Source: Candidatus Hodarchaeota archaeon (GTDB lineage: Archaea; Asgardarchaeota; Heimdallarchaeia; Hodarchaeales; Hodarchaeaceae). Taken from it: a DNA stretch of 64,000 bases. Under the pieces are notes generated by a model, which worked only from the letters and a program-made list of their open reading frames with translations, was not told where the DNA came from and ran no database searches. Of this stretch, positions 60,912-64,000 are shown in pieces. Where the stretch lies: positions 32,001 through 96,000 of the forward strand of contig JAEOTC010000038.1 of assembly GCA_016840035.1 (NCBI GenBank), written 5' to 3'. Within the stretch, counting starts at the first letter, position 1; each line of letters starts with the position of its first letter. Position numbers and translations under genes: made by a program.

Positions 60912-60958
60912 TTATCTACCTTCGTTTCGTTTTTTATTTTCTTACATAAAGGGAAATC

Positions 60959-61249
60959 TTATTTTCGATAAGTTTCTTTTCCATTTATTTGGATAAAATC
61001 TATGATAGCTTGGATCGTTGCATCTGTGGGTTTATCCTTGGTCATTGCAGTTAAACGAGATGAACTTCCAGTAACAACTAGTACTAATTCGTTCTCTCCC
61101 GCACCAACTGCATCAATTGCCACGAAAGGAGAACTCTCTGGTTTTAAATCAGTCATATCCACTGGTTGTACTATCATTAATTTAAAGCCTTTAATACTGG
61201 CATCCTTCTCGGTACTTACTACATTTCCTATTACTTTACACACTTTCAT
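60959..61249 (-). CDS. BMC pentameric vertex protein (EutN/CcmL)
   Basis: KVIGNVVSTEK...VAIDAVGAGENELVL...GSSSR...DATIQAIID. Confidence 0.95.
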   Translation of the reverse strand: MKVCKVIGNVVSTEKDASIKGFKLMIVQPVDMTDLKPESSPFVAIDAVGAGENELVLVVTGSSSRLTAMTKDKPTDATIQAIIDFIQINGKETYRK

Positions 61250-61260
61250 GTAAATATCTC

Positions 61261-61980
61261 CTAAATCTTAATTATCTTTATATCAAGCATTTTAGCTTTT
61301 TCTTGTGCTAAGGGGGTAATAATAGTTGAATGGGGTACAAATATTTCGTGAATTTTACCTTTTAATCCCTCTAAATAATCCTCGGTAATTAAATCTGGTA
61401 TAGCTGGAGTATGTTTGACAAATTGATCTTCTAAGTCCTCTATGTCAACAAGTCTGAATCCCATTTCGATTAAAGTAGATAAATATCGACTCAGATTATT
61501 AGTTAACATACCCGATGGGCCATAGTCAAATGTTAAATCTGTGGGAGGAAAAGGTGTTACAATATAAACAGGAATTTTAAATAACAACCCTTGAAGTAAT
61601 AAATTAACAGTTGAATTGGAATCTTCAAATTTTGTTATTTTTTTTGCTATTTCAAAACTAAAGGCACCAAACATAATTGATTTAAGATTACTGTAAAAAT
61701 TTAGGCAAAAATCTCCAAAAGGATTAACTAAAACGTCCATTGTGGGAATTGAACCTGCTTTTGTGGTTATTTTCTTAGCCTGGTCAATTTCATCCTTTGT
61801 CCAGATCAGGACTTGCATTTTTTGTTCGGCTAATCTAATTAGGGATTGTAATAATTCATCCAATCCTTGTCCCATATGGGTTAAGACACCTAGGACATCG
61901 TAAGGACCTAGGTTATGCTCATTCTTGAGAACACTCTTAACTTGCTGTGTAACGAGTAATTCGAGCTCTTTCTCATTCAT
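61261..61980 (-). CDS. BMC-associated protein (encapsulation peptide, degenerate flavoprotein-like domain, IITPLA C-terminal module)
   Basis: MNEKELELLVTQQVKSVL helix; LITEDYL...IITPLAQEKAKMLDIKI module typical of BMC loci. Confidence 0.7.
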   Translation of the reverse strand: MNEKELELLVTQQVKSVLKNEHNLGPYDVLGVLTHMGQGLDELLQSLIRLAEQKMQVLIWTKDEIDQAKKITTKAGSIPTMDVLVNPFGDFCLNFYSNLKSIMFGAFSFEIAKKITKFEDSNSTVNLLLQGLLFKIPVYIVTPFPPTDLTFDYGPSGMLTNNLSRYLSTLIEMGFRLVDIEDLEDQFVKHTPAIPDLITEDYLEGLKGKIHEIFVPHSTIITPLAQEKAKMLDIKIIKI

Positions 61981-61995
61981 GATGCTTCACTCTTG

Positions 61996-62316
61996 TTAAT
62001 CTCTTCCAGGATCCTCTTCTACGCTTGAAGTTCGACTTCTGACTTTCTCAATAAGATCAACCGTCACCTGATCAGGTCTTGGAATTACATTAGTTAATAA
62101 ACCACAGGAGATCTGACGTAGTTGGACTTTTGCTGCTTCAATTGCTTCACGGACAGCAGCGACCTCTCCCTCAATTATCACAATAACCAATCCCCCTGAA
62201 ACACGTTTTAAGGAAATAAGGCTCACATCTGCGGTTTTCATGGCCGTATCTGTTGCCACAATGGCTCCTATCCGACCGCATGTCTCCATAAATCCTAAAG
62301 CTTTCATTAAAATCAC
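61996..62316 (-). CDS. BMC-H shell protein
   Basis: KALGFMETCG...DTAMKTADV...EGEVAAVREA...NVIPRP. Confidence 0.93.
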   Translation of the reverse strand: MILMKALGFMETCGRIGAIVATDTAMKTADVSLISLKRVSGGLVIVIIEGEVAAVREAIEAAKVQLRQISCGLLTNVIPRPDQVTVDLIEKVRSRTSSVEEDPGRD

Positions 62317-64000
62317 CTGAACGGAGAATAAGATCCTTCTTTTAAATCCAAAATCAGACTCCCCATTTCTCCCGTATTCAGTGCAAGAGCATTACCCTCG
62401 TCAAGGTCTAAATGGAGCTCCAAATTATAATCCGGGTGAATTCTAACCATGATCTCGTCTAGGATTCCAGCTCGGGTTCCAGGAAATTGAACAGCAACTA
62501 TCTGTCGATCTGACACATTTAACCTTTGCGCATCTTTTGGTGACATGTGGATGTGTCGCGCTGCGAAAATGACTCCCTTATCCAAAGTGATAGCTCCCTT
62601 TGGACCAATTATGTGTACTCCTGGAGTATCTCTTAAATCTCCTGATTGACGTGTTGGTGGATTAATACCTAATACATAACCGTCACTCCGAGATATTTCA
62701 ACTTGAGTTTCGTCTCTGAAGGGGCCAAGAATACGAACTCCATAGATGGCTCTTTTGGGGCCGATTAGATCAACAACTTCTTTGCATGCATACTGTTTTG
62801 GTTGAGTTAAGGAATTAAGGGGAGTTAAAACTGCTTTTTCTCCAAATAATTTGTGAAAATCGGCTTTTGAAAGGTGGATGTGACGTGCAGATAAGGATAC
62901 TGGAATTAAATGATCATCGAATACTTTAGTCAGCTCATCGGTGACTAATCTCTTCACTAGTTCTCCAGCTGCTGACTGTGTACTTCGTTGTGAAATGGGT
63001 TGATATTCACAACCTAATGGACCGCAATATCTTCCTACATATTCAGCAGAGGGTCTATAAATCACTGGTTTGACGGTAGGAGTTTCGGGATACTTCTCTT
63101 CTAAAACATGAGCAGTCCAACCAGCGACTCTCGATGTAGTAAAAATCGGTGTAAAGAGTTCAACTGGGATATTTAAGCTTGTATATACCGTGGCACCATA
63201 TAGATCCACATTAGGATATATTCCACGATTTTTTCGCTTCTTAAATTCTTTTTGAGTAATCTCAACCAACTTATTGGTAGTTTCATACATCCATTGAGCT
63301 AATCCACCCTTCCTTCTCACAAGATCTGCAGCCATTTCCTTCAATATTTTGGCTCTCGGATCTGTAGTTTTATATACGGCATGTCCCATCCCCATAATTC
63401 GTTTACCTTCATTAAATCGATTTTTGACCCATTCCTCAGCACTTGAGACTTTCTTAATCTCCATTAAGCTTTCATAAACTAAATGATTAGCTCCCCCATG
63501 ATACATCCCTGATAAAGAACCAATGGCACCAGAAATAGATGCATATAGATCCGCTCCAGTAGATGCAATGACCCGAGCTGTGAATGTGGAAGCATTGAAA
63601 GAGTGTTCTGCATGTAGAATTAGTGTGACATCAAAGATCCTTGCTTCTTCATCAGTTGGGATACTCCCATGAAGCATGTAGAGGAAATTTGATGCATATT
63701 TTAGATTCTTATTTGGAGCGATTGGTTCTTTATTGCTACGAATTCTCTCCCATGCGGTCACAATAATAGGAAGCCGAGCTATTATTCTAATTGCAATATT
63801 TCGATCGGATTCTCTTTTTCCAGTCCCGATCTCGTTGTTGTATCCTGCTAGTAAAGCTAATGAAGATTGGAGTACACTCATAGAAGGGGTATTCTTTGAG
63901 GTTTTCTGTAAATGTGAGATTAATTGTGGTGGTAAATCCTGATTTGAAATTATTGCGTTCTTAAAACTCTCCAATTGATCAAAAGAGGGGAGGTTTCCGT
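62313..64000 (-). CDS. Citrate synthase-family domain fused to PduL phosphotransacylase (5' end beyond the window)
   Basis: LHAEHSFNAST, HGGAN, MGMGHAVY, YPNVD, then SARHIHLS...QVEIS..D...RHIHM...LHLDLDEGNA; frame is open to the window edge (GNLPSFDQL). Confidence 0.9.
   Translation of the reverse strand, partial: GNLPSFDQLESFKNAIISNQDLPPQLISHLQKTSKNTPSMSVLQSSLALLAGYNNEIGTGKRESDRNIAIRIIARLPIIVTAWERIRSNKEPIAPNKNLKYASNFLYMLHGSIPTDEEARIFDVTLILHAEHSFNASTFTARVIASTGADLYASISGAIGSLSGMYHGGANHLVYESLMEIKKVSSAEEWVKNRFNEGKRIMGMGHAVYKTTDPRAKILKEMAADLVRRKGGLAQWMYETTNKLVEITQKEFKKRKNRGIYPNVDLYGATVYTSLNIPVELFTPIFTTSRVAGWTAHVLEEKYPETPTVKPVIYRPSAEYVGRYCGPLGCEYQPISQRSTQSAAGELVKRLVTDELTKVFDDHLIPVSLSARHIHLSKADFHKLFGEKAVLTPLNSLTQPKQYACKEVVDLIGPKRAIYGVRILGPFRDETQVEISRSDGYVLGINPPTRQSGDLRDTPGVHIIGPKGAITLDKGVIFAARHIHMSPKDAQRLNVSDRQIVAVQFPGTRAGILDEIMVRIHPDYNLELHLDLDEGNALALNTGEMGSLILDLKEGSYSPFR

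Overview
Archaeal DNA, very probably an Asgard archaeon (Heimdallarchaeia/Hodarchaeales-like, inferred from TFB, RpoN, RadA and an intron-containing tRNA sitting beside ESCRT-I/II/III, Vps4, ubiquitin/E1/E2/RING and small GTPases). Four zones: (1) 0.4-7 kb, a DUF1257-DUF2997-Ycf46 AAA operon and accessory hydrolases; (2) 7.2-22 kb, a variable island directly downstream of tfb that is divided into gene cassettes by five diverged direct copies of the last 14-22 codons, stop and terminator of tfb itself. The copies differ mainly at synonymous sites, no integrase is visible, and an HTH plus double-LAGLIDADG protein lies in the cassette next to tfb; (3) 22-53 kb, core genes, including a Gln-type tRNA body with a perfect bulge-helix-bulge intron whose spliced anticodon reads CUA (amber), and a ubiquitin-ESCRT-GTPase supercluster; (4) 53-64 kb, a bacterial-type sugar-phosphate (SPU-like) microcompartment locus with BMC-H/T/P shells, DeoC, RpiB, AldDH, PduS, AckA and a citrate synthase-PduL fusion that runs off the window edge. 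The best candidates for a new system are the tfb-3'-end cassette array, the CUA tRNA and the archaeal microcompartment. All family calls come from motif recognition by eye; no database searches were run.
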